Shown in pieces: positions 1-10,559 of a stretch of DNA of 64,000 bases; the first letter of the stretch is position 1; every line of letters starts with the position of its first letter. The stretch spans positions 208,030-272,029 of the forward strand of contig LBVU01000004.1 in the NCBI GenBank assembly GCA_000993205.1. The letters are read 5' to 3'. The stretch is from Candidatus Woesebacteria bacterium GW2011_GWB1_39_10 (GTDB lineage Bacteria; Patescibacteriota; Microgenomatia; UBA8517). Position numbers and translations under genes: made by a program. Under the pieces are notes generated by a model, which was given only the letters and a program-made list of their open reading frames with translations, made no database searches and was not told the origin of the DNA.

Positions 1-1040
1 TCAAACCAAGTACTGTAGATTCTAAATAACGAAATTGACATATATCTGTCCTGAAAAAGTAATGGAACAACAAACGCTATTGCTCCAAGAAAAAATATTA
101 GTCTGGAAAGATCGGGTTTTTTAATGCAAAGAATTACCAAAAATGGCACAATCCAAAGGAGCCACTGAACATGGAATAATGCGAAGGAAAAAATAATCAA
201 AAACATGGAAACCCAATAGTTAAACAGGTTGATCTTTTTGTCAAATAGGGCTACATAGAAGAACAGGAGTGAAAGAGCCAATGTTGCAAAGTCGGATGTA
301 AATATACCGGTGGTAAGCCCCGAAACCAACGCCGATTGAAAAAACGCGCTAGAGATGAAAGGCAAGATTATTATTCCGAAAGTAATTAACGGAGTAACGG
401 AAAGAATAGCCTTCTCTTTTAAATTCCTCCCTGCCAAAAACAAAAATGGTATAAAAAGTAGCGGATATAATTTAAAACCGGAAGCCAGACCCAAAAAAAT
501 CGCTGCAGAAAACAATTTTTGTTTTTTGATCATTAAAAACGACAAGACTGTTAGAATTACAGAAAAGATATCGATATTAGAAAAAACATAAATAATAATT
601 ATTGTAAAAGGGTTGAATAACCAAAAAACAAAAGCCTTCTTCTTCTCCTCTTTATCTTCAAAAAACTTCATCAAAAGAAATGCAATTAGAACATCTAAAA
701 CCAAATACGGGAGTTTTAGTGTCACCAAATACTTAAATATATTTGGGTTCTCAACCGCAGAATATGAACCCGCATCGGCAAGCCAGGAATCAAAACCTTT
801 ACCCAGAACTCCCGACGCCGCCCATTGATATCCACCTACCGTAAAATAAGTTAGTGGGAAATAAACAAAATCATCCTTTAACGTAAGTGATTTTTTGTTA
901 TCTACAAGATAGGTATAAATATTAAATACTCCAGTTTTTAAAAATGAGGCTTGAAAATTGATTGTCTTAATATCCGGGTGAAATAAAAATCCTGCTACCA
1001 AAAGTCTCAAAACAATTGCCAAAATTAGAAGTCTCTTCAT
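1..1040 (-). CDS. GT-C-type polytopic membrane glycosyltransferase (GT87/PIG-M-like), 3' end runs off the window
   Basis: Not in the ORF track. Manual translation from the ATG at 1040 (ATGA overlap with the upstream stop) gives MKRLLILAIVLRLLVAGFLFHPDIK...LKLPYLVLD...WLFNP...GLASGFKLYP...FHVQWLLW, a clear paralog of 2677..3921. Confidence 0.8.
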   Translation of the reverse strand, partial: MKRLLILAIVLRLLVAGFLFHPDIKTINFQASFLKTGVFNIYTYLVDNKKSLTLKDDFVYFPLTYFTVGGYQWAASGVLGKGFDSWLADAGSYSAVENPNIFKYLVTLKLPYLVLDVLIAFLLMKFFEDKEEKKKAFVFWLFNPFTIIIIYVFSNIDIFSVILTVLSFLMIKKQKLFSAAIFLGLASGFKLYPLLFIPFLFLAGRNLKEKAILSVTPLITFGIIILPFISSAFFQSALVSGLTTGIFTSDFATLALSLLFFYVALFDKKINLFNYWVSMFLIIFSFALFHVQWLLWIVPFLVILCIKKPDLSRLIFFLGAIAFVVPLLFQDRYMSISLFRIYSTWF

Positions 1041-2680
1041 TGTACTTTATATATATTAACAGTATCGTTCTCAAAAATCTTAATCATTGGATATTCTTCC
1101 TCGGCCATAGGCAGTTGATAGATCTTGGGCAAATAAATATAACGTATATTGTTATCTTTCAAAAACTTGCTTGACCACTTTAAGTCTTTTTCATCGAAAA
1201 ACCTGTCGGCATTTTTTATCCTTGATTCATAATCAGTATTAAGGATTATCTGTTGTTCAACATCTTCAATGTAGACACTTTTACCGGAATAGGCGGACAC
1301 ATACGAATTATCTGCGTAAACACTTAATGGATACGGATCTTTAAATTTGCCGCGCAGATCTCTATCAAACGGATGCTTTAAGACAATACCGTCTGTCTGA
1401 GTAGATAGATATTTTAAGGCGGTGTACTCTGAAACCGGCAAATAAGCCGGGGGTTGGGGGTATAGCCAGCTTCGAAACGTAGCAGCCGAGCTAATTGGAG
1501 TAATTAATAAAACTAAAACCACCAGAGAAATTGAAGATTTTTTAAGAGCATTTGCCGCATATAAACCAGAAAAAAACAAAAAATAATAAAAAAACTGAAT
1601 AACGTTCCAAGGATTCCCTTTTTGAACGAAAATGAGCGTCGGGATAATTGAAATTGCCATCAAAGAAAAAATAAAGATATGCAAATCTTCCTTAAAATAA
1701 TTTTTTCTTAATCCCCAAAAACCAACTATCCTAGTTCCCAGGTTTCCTACAAAAAATATCATTAGAGCAATTAGTTCAAAAATAGCATAATTGAGCCATC
1801 TTCCACCCCCAATATAGGCAAATCTTCGTGCAGTAAAATTTGGAATACCTACCCTATCCCCGGCATCGATCATTGTATCGACCAGCCAAAGTGGCTGAAA
1901 TGCGACAAGACCGGCGGCCTCCTTGCTAATTGATAGATATATGGTGATAAATATACCTGCTGAAAAAATAAACACAGGCAGAAGGCTGAAATTTTTGTCG
2001 AAAAATATTTTCTTTAACGTCAAAACAAATAAAGCGCTCAGACATATTGCGCCTGCATACGCTTTAAAACCGACAAGAACCCCGAACGCAATTGATAAAA
2101 TCAAACCTTTTAAAAAGTCCGGTTTTTTTAGATATAAATCTAAAAGAATTACTGAAAAAATTATTATGACCAACGATATTGCATAGGGGGGGTTAAGGTT
2201 CATTGAAACCGGCTGGTTAGCCCAAAATGCGGACTCGCCGCCGATTTGCTGACCTTTGATCAAATTCACAACCCAACCAAAACTGCTTGCAAAATAGGCA
2301 AAAAACACAGCCAAGAGAGCTACTTTCTTATCTTTAAAAAGTAAATTGACCAACTTGTATGTTCCTATTCCAAGTAAAATCGAAAAGACGACCGGAAAAA
2401 ATCTATAAACAAGAAAGTTTGTAGATATTCCCAGGTTGTGTATTAAAGAAACTAAAAGGTCATATAAATAGTGATAGTTATATAATAACTGACCTGCGAA
2501 TCCCGGGTTTTGCGGGGGAACACCTTTACTCAACTGTCCGACAAGGGCTTCGTGCCATACTCCATCCCGAGCAAGCGGGCCGAAGTATCCTACTCCGTAA
2601 TTATAAAGCCACCCGCTTCTAAACATAGAAACGCCTTGAAAAATTACACCCAAGATAGTTAAAACCGTTAAGATAATCAT
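1037..2680 (-). CDS. Polytopic membrane protein, probable GT-C glycosyltransferase
   Basis: About 12 hydrophobic segments, acidic first loop (RDGVWHEAL), soluble C-terminal domain with NIRYIYL motif; coupled within the GT operon. Confidence 0.7.
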   Translation of the reverse strand: MIILTVLTILGVIFQGVSMFRSGWLYNYGVGYFGPLARDGVWHEALVGQLSKGVPPQNPGFAGQLLYNYHYLYDLLVSLIHNLGISTNFLVYRFFPVVFSILLGIGTYKLVNLLFKDKKVALLAVFFAYFASSFGWVVNLIKGQQIGGESAFWANQPVSMNLNPPYAISLVIIIFSVILLDLYLKKPDFLKGLILSIAFGVLVGFKAYAGAICLSALFVLTLKKIFFDKNFSLLPVFIFSAGIFITIYLSISKEAAGLVAFQPLWLVDTMIDAGDRVGIPNFTARRFAYIGGGRWLNYAIFELIALMIFFVGNLGTRIVGFWGLRKNYFKEDLHIFIFSLMAISIIPTLIFVQKGNPWNVIQFFYYFLFFSGLYAANALKKSSISLVVLVLLITPISSAATFRSWLYPQPPAYLPVSEYTALKYLSTQTDGIVLKHPFDRDLRGKFKDPYPLSVYADNSYVSAYSGKSVYIEDVEQQIILNTDYESRIKNADRFFDEKDLKWSSKFLKDNNIRYIYLPKIYQLPMAEEEYPMIKIFENDTVNIYKVQ

Positions 2681-3921
2681 GTTTTATCAATCCTTTTGGG
2701 GAAATAATAATAAATAAAATAGAGAGCCACCGAAGCAAACACGGTTTGCAAGATACTTCTCGCAAAGTTTATATCTACATTAATTCCTAAATTTGTCCAA
2801 ATTCCCGGTTGTCCATATAAACCCGGGGATATTGGGGAGAAAAGCCAAACCGACAGACCCGGGTCAAAAAAAGTCACTTGTCCAAGCCAAACGACAAACA
2901 ACGTAATGGTTAGCGGCCAATGGGAAAAACGCGACTTAATTAAATCAATCACTAAAAACGGCGTTAACCACAAAAACCATTGGGGATGGGTATGGGTAAA
3001 TATGAAAAAGGTGAGAATTAATATAAAAAATCTATTCCAAAGATCATCAGTCTTTGCTTTATTAAACAGAAATACTATGTAGCAAAAAAGTATAAAAAGA
3101 GGGAAATAAATTATTGCCTCACCTCCCGAAATCGGAAGAGTGGCATACAGACTTTTGGTGGTTTGACCGGCAAGTAGCGCAGTAGCTCTAAATCCGTGTG
3201 AATTTATGAAAGGCAGGATGGTTACAAGATATGTTAGCGCTCCGATTCCAAGGATTTTAATTCTATCCAACCACTTACTCTTCATCAACGCGAGCGGTAC
3301 AAGAAATAAAAACGGGAATATCTTAAAAGAAGCACCCAATCCCAAAAAAAGAGCCGCAATAAAATACTTTTCCCTCTTGACGGCAAAATAAAGCGTAAGA
3401 ATTGCCAAAAAGGTCGGAATGACATCGAATTGTCCCATCATATATGTTGCGTATAAATTAATAGGATTAAACATCCATATAGTAAATGCTAAAAATTTAT
3501 TTTTGGGATCTTTAAAAAATTTGTAAAGTAGAGCCGCTACTCCCAGGTCAAAAGGCAAGTACGGAAGTTTTAGAACCAGTAGCAAAAAATTTAGTTGAAT
3601 ATTACCCAAAAGTGCTGGCAAATTGAATATGAAATCATGAAGTAAGCCTCTATCGAAAGGAAGCGATAATAAATAGCTTACAGGGCCCAAGAAAAAGTAA
3701 ACCAAGGGCGGATAATTAAAGAGATCGGTCGGATAGATTTTCAAAATCGGATCGGAAGATGGCAGGTTTCTTAAATAATCGTAAAAATTTAGAACATTTC
3801 CTTTGGCAATCACCTCGCCGGCGAAGTAGAACGGTTGGACATCCGAATGGTACGTTGAAAATGCCAGAAAAAACCTGATTAAAATTCCAATAACCAGAAC
3901 CGTGATGATTTTCTTAGTCAT
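2677..3921 (-). CDS. GT-C-type membrane glycosyltransferase (GT87/PIG-M-like)
   Basis: HSD first loop, FNYPP, MGQFD, ASFKIFP and HPQWFLW motifs; multiple TM helices. Confidence 0.75.
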   Translation of the reverse strand: MTKKIITVLVIGILIRFFLAFSTYHSDVQPFYFAGEVIAKGNVLNFYDYLRNLPSSDPILKIYPTDLFNYPPLVYFFLGPVSYLLSLPFDRGLLHDFIFNLPALLGNIQLNFLLLVLKLPYLPFDLGVAALLYKFFKDPKNKFLAFTIWMFNPINLYATYMMGQFDVIPTFLAILTLYFAVKREKYFIAALFLGLGASFKIFPFLFLVPLALMKSKWLDRIKILGIGALTYLVTILPFINSHGFRATALLAGQTTKSLYATLPISGGEAIIYFPLFILFCYIVFLFNKAKTDDLWNRFFILILTFFIFTHTHPQWFLWLTPFLVIDLIKSRFSHWPLTITLFVVWLGQVTFFDPGLSVWLFSPISPGLYGQPGIWTNLGINVDINFARSILQTVFASVALYFIYYYFPKRIDKT

Positions 3922-5489
3922 TTATTCCTTCTAACTAGTATTGTAATGGCACCTAAGACGCTTAGCAAAGAAATTATATCCAATACCTTCCTGAATCTCG
4001 TTTCTTTAAATGCAATTTTCAGTTCGTGTTCCCCTGCCGGAACTTTAAATTCTAGTTGTCCATACGGTTCGCCGGCATAGACGTCAACTTTCTTGCCATC
4101 GACAGTTACAATCCAGCCGGGAAAATAATATTTACTGTAGTCAAAAATAGTTTCCTTTGCATAGTTTACTTTAAAGGTAGCTCCTAAGCCTTGATCGGGC
4201 GAAAGTTTATCCGGACGCATTTGAGTTTTTTGTGGTAAACGCAAATACTCCTCCTGAGTTTTAAGATATTCGGCTGAGGCGGACGGGAACGGAATATATC
4301 TATTTAGATAATATGCATCGGTTCTCCCTAAAAAGTCATGAGGTTTGTAATTTGTAAAGTTAAGCGCAACAGCCGTAAGAACAACTACAATGCCAATGGT
4401 CTTTGCAAGTTTAAATTTGTCGAATGATATTACAAGAACTGAAGTGGCAAACGTGGTCAAACTCAAAAACCTCCAAGGAAATTGAAAGTATGGTAAATAC
4501 GGAATGATTTTCCATAAAAATGTTGATCTAAAATTCATCAGGAATACAGAAACGGCTATGGTAAAAAGCGCCCAATATATAATCGGCTTTCCTTTCCTGA
4601 TAAGAACTACCGTCGCAACAACCAGTAAAACATTTATCGCTCCCATAAAAAAACTCATTCCGTCATGGGGCCCCGGGACTGACGCGCCGTATCCAAAATG
4701 GGGAGTGACTAATTGTTTAAGAGTGGGGAAATGATCGATAAAATTAAAATTTCCCGTACCATACTTCATCAATTTGCTCTCAATGAGCGCCGGGAGCCAA
4801 AAATACAAACTTACTAAAAGACCCAATATAAATCCGTAAATGGATCTGAGTATTCCTTTCCATTGCACCAATGCAAACAATGCCAGAAACGGAATAAACA
4901 TATAAGCCATAATGTCGTGCGATAAGATGAGCCCCGCAACACCCAATGAAAGGAGGCAAATCCATTTAATTGATTTCTCTTTACCGATCTTTGTGATCGA
5001 AAAAGCGATCAATGGAGGAAAAACAAACGCCAATATTTCCCCTATTGCCCCCCTGACATATATATCTGTAGCCCTATACGGGGTATAAACATACAATACG
5101 GCCCCTGCAAGCGCTAAGAATTCATTTGTATACTCTTTTATAAATTTATACATGAAGTACATCGAAAGAGGCACACTCATAAGGAATATTGCTTTAACGC
5201 TGTCGACAAGGGATAAACCTAACTTGTGGAATATTTCTCCGATGTAAAAAGGCAACGGAAAAACAAAATTAAAAAGAGGGTAGCCGAATCCAAAGGAAAG
5301 ATCCGGAACAAACCTGGGGGGAAATTGGCCGAGAGATAGCGACCTATTCATCTCGAATAACCATCCAATATGCAAGTCGTCACTAGCGCCAAAGTATCCC
5401 GGTACAAATAGTGCCCAAACAGCCGGAATTGACAATAACAGAATAATTAGAAATGGATATTTAACTAAAAATTTTTCTACCTTTTGCAT
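3918..5489 (-). CDS. YfhO/'PTPS-related' membrane GT-C protein, paralog 1
   Basis: SDDLH, RFVPDLSFGFGYPLFNF, YVRGAIGE, QFPWRFL and YYFPGW motifs. Confidence 0.75.
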   Translation of the reverse strand: MQKVEKFLVKYPFLIILLLSIPAVWALFVPGYFGASDDLHIGWLFEMNRSLSLGQFPPRFVPDLSFGFGYPLFNFVFPLPFYIGEIFHKLGLSLVDSVKAIFLMSVPLSMYFMYKFIKEYTNEFLALAGAVLYVYTPYRATDIYVRGAIGEILAFVFPPLIAFSITKIGKEKSIKWICLLSLGVAGLILSHDIMAYMFIPFLALFALVQWKGILRSIYGFILGLLVSLYFWLPALIESKLMKYGTGNFNFIDHFPTLKQLVTPHFGYGASVPGPHDGMSFFMGAINVLLVVATVVLIRKGKPIIYWALFTIAVSVFLMNFRSTFLWKIIPYLPYFQFPWRFLSLTTFATSVLVISFDKFKLAKTIGIVVVLTAVALNFTNYKPHDFLGRTDAYYLNRYIPFPSASAEYLKTQEEYLRLPQKTQMRPDKLSPDQGLGATFKVNYAKETIFDYSKYYFPGWIVTVDGKKVDVYAGEPYGQLEFKVPAGEHELKIAFKETRFRKVLDIISLLSVLGAITILVRRNK

Positions 5490-7113
5490 ATATTAAAACC
5501 AATATAATAAAACTTAATACGGTAAGATTGTTTCCTAAAATTCTAATAGGTGTATTTTTAAACCTTCCCTCAATACTCGACATTCCTTCCGGTATAGTTA
5601 TACCAATTCTACCCAAAACGTTGTCGTTCGTGTGGACAGATTCTTTACCGTTTACAAACACCGTCCAGCCCGGGAAATCAAAAACAGGTATCTCAATTTT
5701 AGACTCGCTTTCGGCATTTGTTTTAAACGACCATCTATCTGATTTATTAATAAAATCAGATATTTTTACCTTTCCTGAAACAACATATGGCGCAACCGGA
5801 GCAAGCTCTCTGGGCTCAAGTGCGGTTTTGGGAAGATAGTCTAAAAGAGCCCCCTTTTGTTGATCAATAAAGTTTTGACCGGAAAGAAGCTCTTTATCGG
5901 TCAAGTTGAAATAAAAATGCTCGGGCTTAAAATATTGCCAGTTCAGCAATATTGCTAATAACGAAAATGTAATAGCAAAAAGATAACGAGTTTTACCACT
6001 AAATAAAGATATAAAATAACCACCAATTAAACTTGATGTAAAAATTACAACTGACAGAAACCTCCAGGGAAATTGAACAAATGCCAAAATATTTATCCGC
6101 TCCCAAACAAACGAGGATTTATTGTGAGTCATGTACACTCCAAAAGTAAAAAGTAAAAAGTAAAAAGTAAAAAGTGCGATATCTTTTCTTTTCCTACAAA
6201 AAATCACAGCAACAAGAGATAAAACCACAAGCCACCAATGGGGCCAACCAATTTGATAAGAAATTGTATTGGCAGATTGGGGTTGTGACCCAGCATAATT
6301 CCATGACCTGTCAATAAACAGTTGTGAGACCTTTACAAACTGCGCCCTAAAATCCAGCTCATTTCTGGTTAGTGCTTCAGTTTGCACCAAACTCTTTTCT
6401 AAAAATGCAGGCAGAATAAAAAAGGCCGAAATGCCAACGGCCAATCCCAAACTCAAAATTGCGATTTTAAACCCATTCCATTTATCTTTATGTAGCAAAA
6501 ATAAAACCCAAATGACTATTAGTGGTGTAAAAATTAATGTCATAATGTTGTGGGACACTAAAAGTAATGACATCGAAACAGTAGCGAGTGCAAAATATTT
6601 CTTTTCTTTAGTTTTAATCAGTCTTAAATACAAGTAATAAACAAGAGGGATAATTGCAAGGGCAAAACTTTCCCCCACCGCACCTCTTACATATGAATCT
6701 AGCGCCCTATACGGCGCAAATAGATAAAGTATTGCTGAAACAGTTCCGGGAATTTTTCCAAAAAGTTCCTTTCCCAGAAAATACATTCCCAGCCCGCCAA
6801 AAACCAATGGAAGAAAGAATAAAAGTTTTGCTGACCAAATATAACCTAAAAGAAAACTCGCAACCGCACCCAGATAGTAAGACAGAGGTCCATAGAAATT
6901 AAAAAGCGGATAACCATTTCCAAATCCCATATCAGGAACCCACCTACAGGGAATTTGAAAATCAGCAAAACACCTCCTCATCTCGAAAATCCTCATTGCC
7001 TGAAGATTGTCGTGGTGAGAAAAGTAGCCTGGCATGAGTATTGGCCAAACAACAAGGACCGAAAGTGTAAATATCAAAATTAAGGACCAATTATTATGAA
7101 AGAATTTTTTCAT
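5461..7113 (-). CDS. YfhO/'PTPS-related' membrane GT-C protein, paralog 2
   Basis: HDNLQ, CRWVPDMGFGNGYPLFNFY, YVRGAVGE, QFPWRFL, FDFPGW. Confidence 0.75.
   Translation of the reverse strand: MKKFFHNNWSLILIFTLSVLVVWPILMPGYFSHHDNLQAMRIFEMRRCFADFQIPCRWVPDMGFGNGYPLFNFYGPLSYYLGAVASFLLGYIWSAKLLFFLPLVFGGLGMYFLGKELFGKIPGTVSAILYLFAPYRALDSYVRGAVGESFALAIIPLVYYLYLRLIKTKEKKYFALATVSMSLLLVSHNIMTLIFTPLIVIWVLFLLHKDKWNGFKIAILSLGLAVGISAFFILPAFLEKSLVQTEALTRNELDFRAQFVKVSQLFIDRSWNYAGSQPQSANTISYQIGWPHWWLVVLSLVAVIFCRKRKDIALFTFYFLLFTFGVYMTHNKSSFVWERINILAFVQFPWRFLSVVIFTSSLIGGYFISLFSGKTRYLFAITFSLLAILLNWQYFKPEHFYFNLTDKELLSGQNFIDQQKGALLDYLPKTALEPRELAPVAPYVVSGKVKISDFINKSDRWSFKTNAESESKIEIPVFDFPGWTVFVNGKESVHTNDNVLGRIGITIPEGMSSIEGRFKNTPIRILGNNLTVLSFIILVLIYAKGRKIFS
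6142..6175. repeat. Heptamer tandem array (AAAAGTA)x~5 inside a CDS
   Basis: aaaagta x4 plus aaaagt; encodes LFTFYFLLFTF on the minus strand. Confidence 0.9.
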
Positions 7114-8794
7114 GCTTTTTTAATCTTATTACCAAATAAATAATATATCCAAGACTTATTAGGGTTAAAGTATTACCTATTTTTCTAATCGGAGTATCTA
7201 AGAGTCTGATCTCAATAAAATGTTTCCCTGACGGAACTGAAAAAGTAATAAGGCCACGACAATATCTTTCTCCGCTACAATTATCATTAACATGAGGAAC
7301 TTTTCTTCCGTCAATTTTCACGACCATTCCGGGGAAATCAAAAAGTGGAACACGAATCAGAGAATCTTTTGACACCTCGACAGTTCCTGTTTGAAAATCA
7401 CTACCCTTTTTATATTCTATAAACTTCGCGTTTCCTATCAAAACCTCCGGAAATTCAGGAGCTTTGCTCCAGGGAGGCAAGACTCCGTAAACCGGTAAAT
7501 AATCGAAAATGCTAATCGTAAGTTGCTTTTCCCAAGATATGCCCGAAAACTTGTCGGTATCGGTGATATCTAACCAGCTTTTGGGGATATAAAAAGAAAT
7601 TGTGAGTGCAAAAGAAACAGTGACCAGAACTACACCCAAAAAATACTTAAAACGTCCTGCAAAATAAATGGCAAAACCAGACAACATACAGAGCAGAAAA
7701 ATACTTATCGCCAAAAATCTCCATGGGAACTGCAAATACCACAGAGGTGGAATAAGCGTCCAAATAAAACTGGATTTCATATGTATCATGAATATGCTTG
7801 CGAGTGTTAATAAAATTAGGGCGAAAGCAAACAATGAATTTTTTTTGTTTTTACGAAAATTGAAAAATGCTAAGACCGGCAGGACAATTAATCCCGTCAC
7901 CCACTGCACAATTCCAAGTGAGAGGTTTAGTTTTTCATTAGGGAAACCTGACGAGCCATACCCCCACTCCCTGGAAATAAACAGTTTGTATAAATTCACA
8001 AAATGTTGTCTGTAATCAAAATATCCTGAAAGAAGACTTTCCGTATGCACGAATTTTTTTTCAAAAATAACAGGAAGAACAAAAAAAGCTGAGAGACCAA
8101 ACCCTAAGACTCCTCCCCACACGACCTTAATCCAATTACCCCATTTTTCTCTTATCAGCCAATAAACTGCCCAGATGACTGCAATTGGAACAAAAACCAT
8201 CGTCATTAAAGTATGCGTAGTTGCAAGGGCTGCGGAGGAGAGAGCAAACCAGATTAAATATTTTGCCTTCCCGGTTTTAACCAGTTTATATATTGCCCAT
8301 AAAATTAGCGGAAAGAAAATTTGCGCCCAAAACTCACTCAGCGCCCCCCTTACATAAACCTCTACTGCTTTATATGGAATATAGGTATACAAAAGTGAAG
8401 CAATCAATCCAGCCCAGGTATCGAATAGTTCTGCTACAAGAATGAACATCGTTATGGCCGAAAGAATATAACCCAAAACAAAAAGTATTTTGACAGAATC
8501 TATATATTGAACACCGATTCTGTGTAGTCCTGCCCCTAAATAATAAGGCAGAGGCGGGTAAAAATTGAATTGGGGATATCCATACTGGTAACCTGCATCG
8601 GGTACCCAGCGACAAGGAATTTGAAGATCGGTATAACATTTATCCATTTCAAAGACTCTAAAGGCCTGCAAATCATCCTGCATAGGGAAAAAACCCGGTT
8701 GAAGTAGTTTGAAAAATGTTGGGGAAATAAGAAAAATTAAAAGGATTACTATTAATTTTTTTGAAATATTTTTTGCCATTTTTGTCCAGCCCAA
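7094..8794 (-). CDS. YfhO/'PTPS-related' membrane GT-C protein, paralog 3 (start may be 8779)
   Basis: QDDLQ, CRWVPDAGYQYGYPQFNFY, YVRGALSE, QFPWRFL, FDFPGM. Confidence 0.75.
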   Translation of the reverse strand: MGWTKMAKNISKKLIVILLIFLISPTFFKLLQPGFFPMQDDLQAFRVFEMDKCYTDLQIPCRWVPDAGYQYGYPQFNFYPPLPYYLGAGLHRIGVQYIDSVKILFVLGYILSAITMFILVAELFDTWAGLIASLLYTYIPYKAVEVYVRGALSEFWAQIFFPLILWAIYKLVKTGKAKYLIWFALSSAALATTHTLMTMVFVPIAVIWAVYWLIREKWGNWIKVVWGGVLGFGLSAFFVLPVIFEKKFVHTESLLSGYFDYRQHFVNLYKLFISREWGYGSSGFPNEKLNLSLGIVQWVTGLIVLPVLAFFNFRKNKKNSLFAFALILLTLASIFMIHMKSSFIWTLIPPLWYLQFPWRFLAISIFLLCMLSGFAIYFAGRFKYFLGVVLVTVSFALTISFYIPKSWLDITDTDKFSGISWEKQLTISIFDYLPVYGVLPPWSKAPEFPEVLIGNAKFIEYKKGSDFQTGTVEVSKDSLIRVPLFDFPGMVVKIDGRKVPHVNDNCSGERYCRGLITFSVPSGKHFIEIRLLDTPIRKIGNTLTLISLGYIIYLVIRLKKHEKILS

Positions 8795-9585
8795 AGGATT
8801 GCGTTTATAATGTAATGTTTAAAAAAACCATGATAAATTTTACTGGAAGGAATTAATTTCCTCCAACGATTGGCCTCATCACCCAATTTTTTGAAGGTCG
8901 CCCCATGATAGTGTGTAATAACTGAATCAGGTAAATAATATACTTTAAGCCCCTGCTTCCATGTTTGCCTGCAATAATCTATGTCTTCAAAATAAGCAAA
9001 ATAATGTTCGTCCAAAATTCCGACGCTCTTTTTGGCCGCAGGTGTTATTAAAAAGGCGGCCCCAACCACAGAATCAACTGTAACAGGAGTCTTTTCCCGC
9101 GGTGCAAATTTTTCAAATAATCCCTTTTGCCCCAACCAATATTCTTTTATGGCATTTGTTATTGTAGGAAAATTAAAACAGGACATTTGTAAACTGCCGT
9201 CAATGTTAAGAAGACATGATCCGACAACTCCGGCATCCGGAGTATTTTTTACAAATTTTAGTAAATTTTGGAGGGCATCTTTGTGAACCACCGTATCGTT
9301 ATTCAAAAGAAATATATATTTTCCTTTCGCGCGCCTTATTCCCTGGTTGTTCGCCTTTGCATAACCGGTATTTGCCTCATTCAAAATTAAAGTGAAACGT
9401 TTTTTCCAAAACTTTTCTTCTTTTATCTCTTTAAAGGCTTCAACAGAACCGTCGTTACTGCCATTGTCTGTCAAAAGTACCTCAAAAGAAATATTTTTTG
9501 CTTGTTTTTCGATAGACCTAATGCACCCCACCGTAAGATCTTTGGTATTTAGATTAACGATAATTATAGAAAGCTCAATATTCAT
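8752..9585 (-). CDS. GT2 glycosyltransferase (WbbL/rhamnosyltransferase-like)
   Basis: SIIIVN, DNGSNDGS, LLNND, YFEDIDYC. Confidence 0.85.
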   Translation of the reverse strand: MNIELSIIIVNLNTKDLTVGCIRSIEKQAKNISFEVLLTDNGSNDGSVEAFKEIKEEKFWKKRFTLILNEANTGYAKANNQGIRRAKGKYIFLLNNDTVVHKDALQNLLKFVKNTPDAGVVGSCLLNIDGSLQMSCFNFPTITNAIKEYWLGQKGLFEKFAPREKTPVTVDSVVGAAFLITPAAKKSVGILDEHYFAYFEDIDYCRQTWKQGLKVYYLPDSVITHYHGATFKKLGDEANRWRKLIPSSKIYHGFFKHYIINAILWAGQKWQKIFQKN

Positions 9586-9586
9586 A

Positions 9587-10492
9587 TTAACCTGTAAATT
9601 TTGAGAAAATAGCCTCGTCGGAAACCTTGCTATCCTTGATTTCCTTCTTTCGTGCTTTAATCGCGATTCCCAGCCGTCCCAAAGCCATAAGAACTACTCT
9701 TATGTACCCGGGGTGCTTAATAAGCCGCATAAAAAGGCCGGCAATATGTTTCCTAATCAAATTTTGTGAATGTATATTTTTCCAAAGCATAAGAAGTTGA
9801 TTTCGTTCGCGGACTTTTTGAACATACGATTTGGAAAATGTACTGATCGTCGACTCATGATTGTGTACCACATGCCCATCGGGTTCCCAAAGATTTAAAT
9901 ATCCTCGCTTGGCTGCTCGATAGCAGATATCTATATCCTCCCAATAAAAGGGGGAAAGCAATTTCTCGTCCATTCCACCCAGTTCAACCCATATACTTCT
10001 CCTAAAAACTCCGCTTCCTCCACTTACATAAAAGCTTGAATGGGGATCGATACTTTCTTTCCCCATACTCAACTGTATAAAGCCTTCAGCAAAAGAGCCT
10101 CCCGCCCACCCATAGCCATTCTCATGAAGAGAAACTGCAAATGTTCTTTTGTCTTCAAAATGCTTAAAAATGGGTGCCAGAAAGTTTTCTTCAGGTAATA
10201 CGTCCGTATTGAGAAGTAATATCAGATCTCCTTTTGCGGCTCGAACACCGGTATTTACCCCTGCAGAAAAACCCCGATTTTTTACATGTTTAATTAGCTT
10301 GACAGACGAGAATTTATTTTTAATCAGAGAAACGCTTGCATCAATGGAACCATCGTCAACTATAATAATTTCCTTAATTTGATTTCTCGAATCATTTTTG
10401 GCATCCAATACTCTAGGAAGATTTTTTTCAATCAACTTTTCCCCATTATAGTTGGGTACAACAATAGAAACCGAAAAGTTTTTGCTGTTCAT
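9587..10492 (-). CDS. GT2 glycosyltransferase (WbbL-like)
   Basis: VVPNYNG, VDDGS, LLNTD, YWEDIDICYRA. Confidence 0.85.
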   Translation of the reverse strand: MNSKNFSVSIVVPNYNGEKLIEKNLPRVLDAKNDSRNQIKEIIIVDDGSIDASVSLIKNKFSSVKLIKHVKNRGFSAGVNTGVRAAKGDLILLLNTDVLPEENFLAPIFKHFEDKRTFAVSLHENGYGWAGGSFAEGFIQLSMGKESIDPHSSFYVSGGSGVFRRSIWVELGGMDEKLLSPFYWEDIDICYRAAKRGYLNLWEPDGHVVHNHESTISTFSKSYVQKVRERNQLLMLWKNIHSQNLIRKHIAGLFMRLIKHPGYIRVVLMALGRLGIAIKARKKEIKDSKVSDEAIFSKFTG

Positions 10493-10559
10493 ATCAGAAT
10501 TTTAGACTACAGATGGTCCAAAAGCCAGATGCTACAAACTTTTCATCCTGAATAAGTTT

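Noticed and set aside
355..828. Short plus-strand ORFs at the window start
   Set aside because: Antisense to the real minus-strand gene that starts at 1040.
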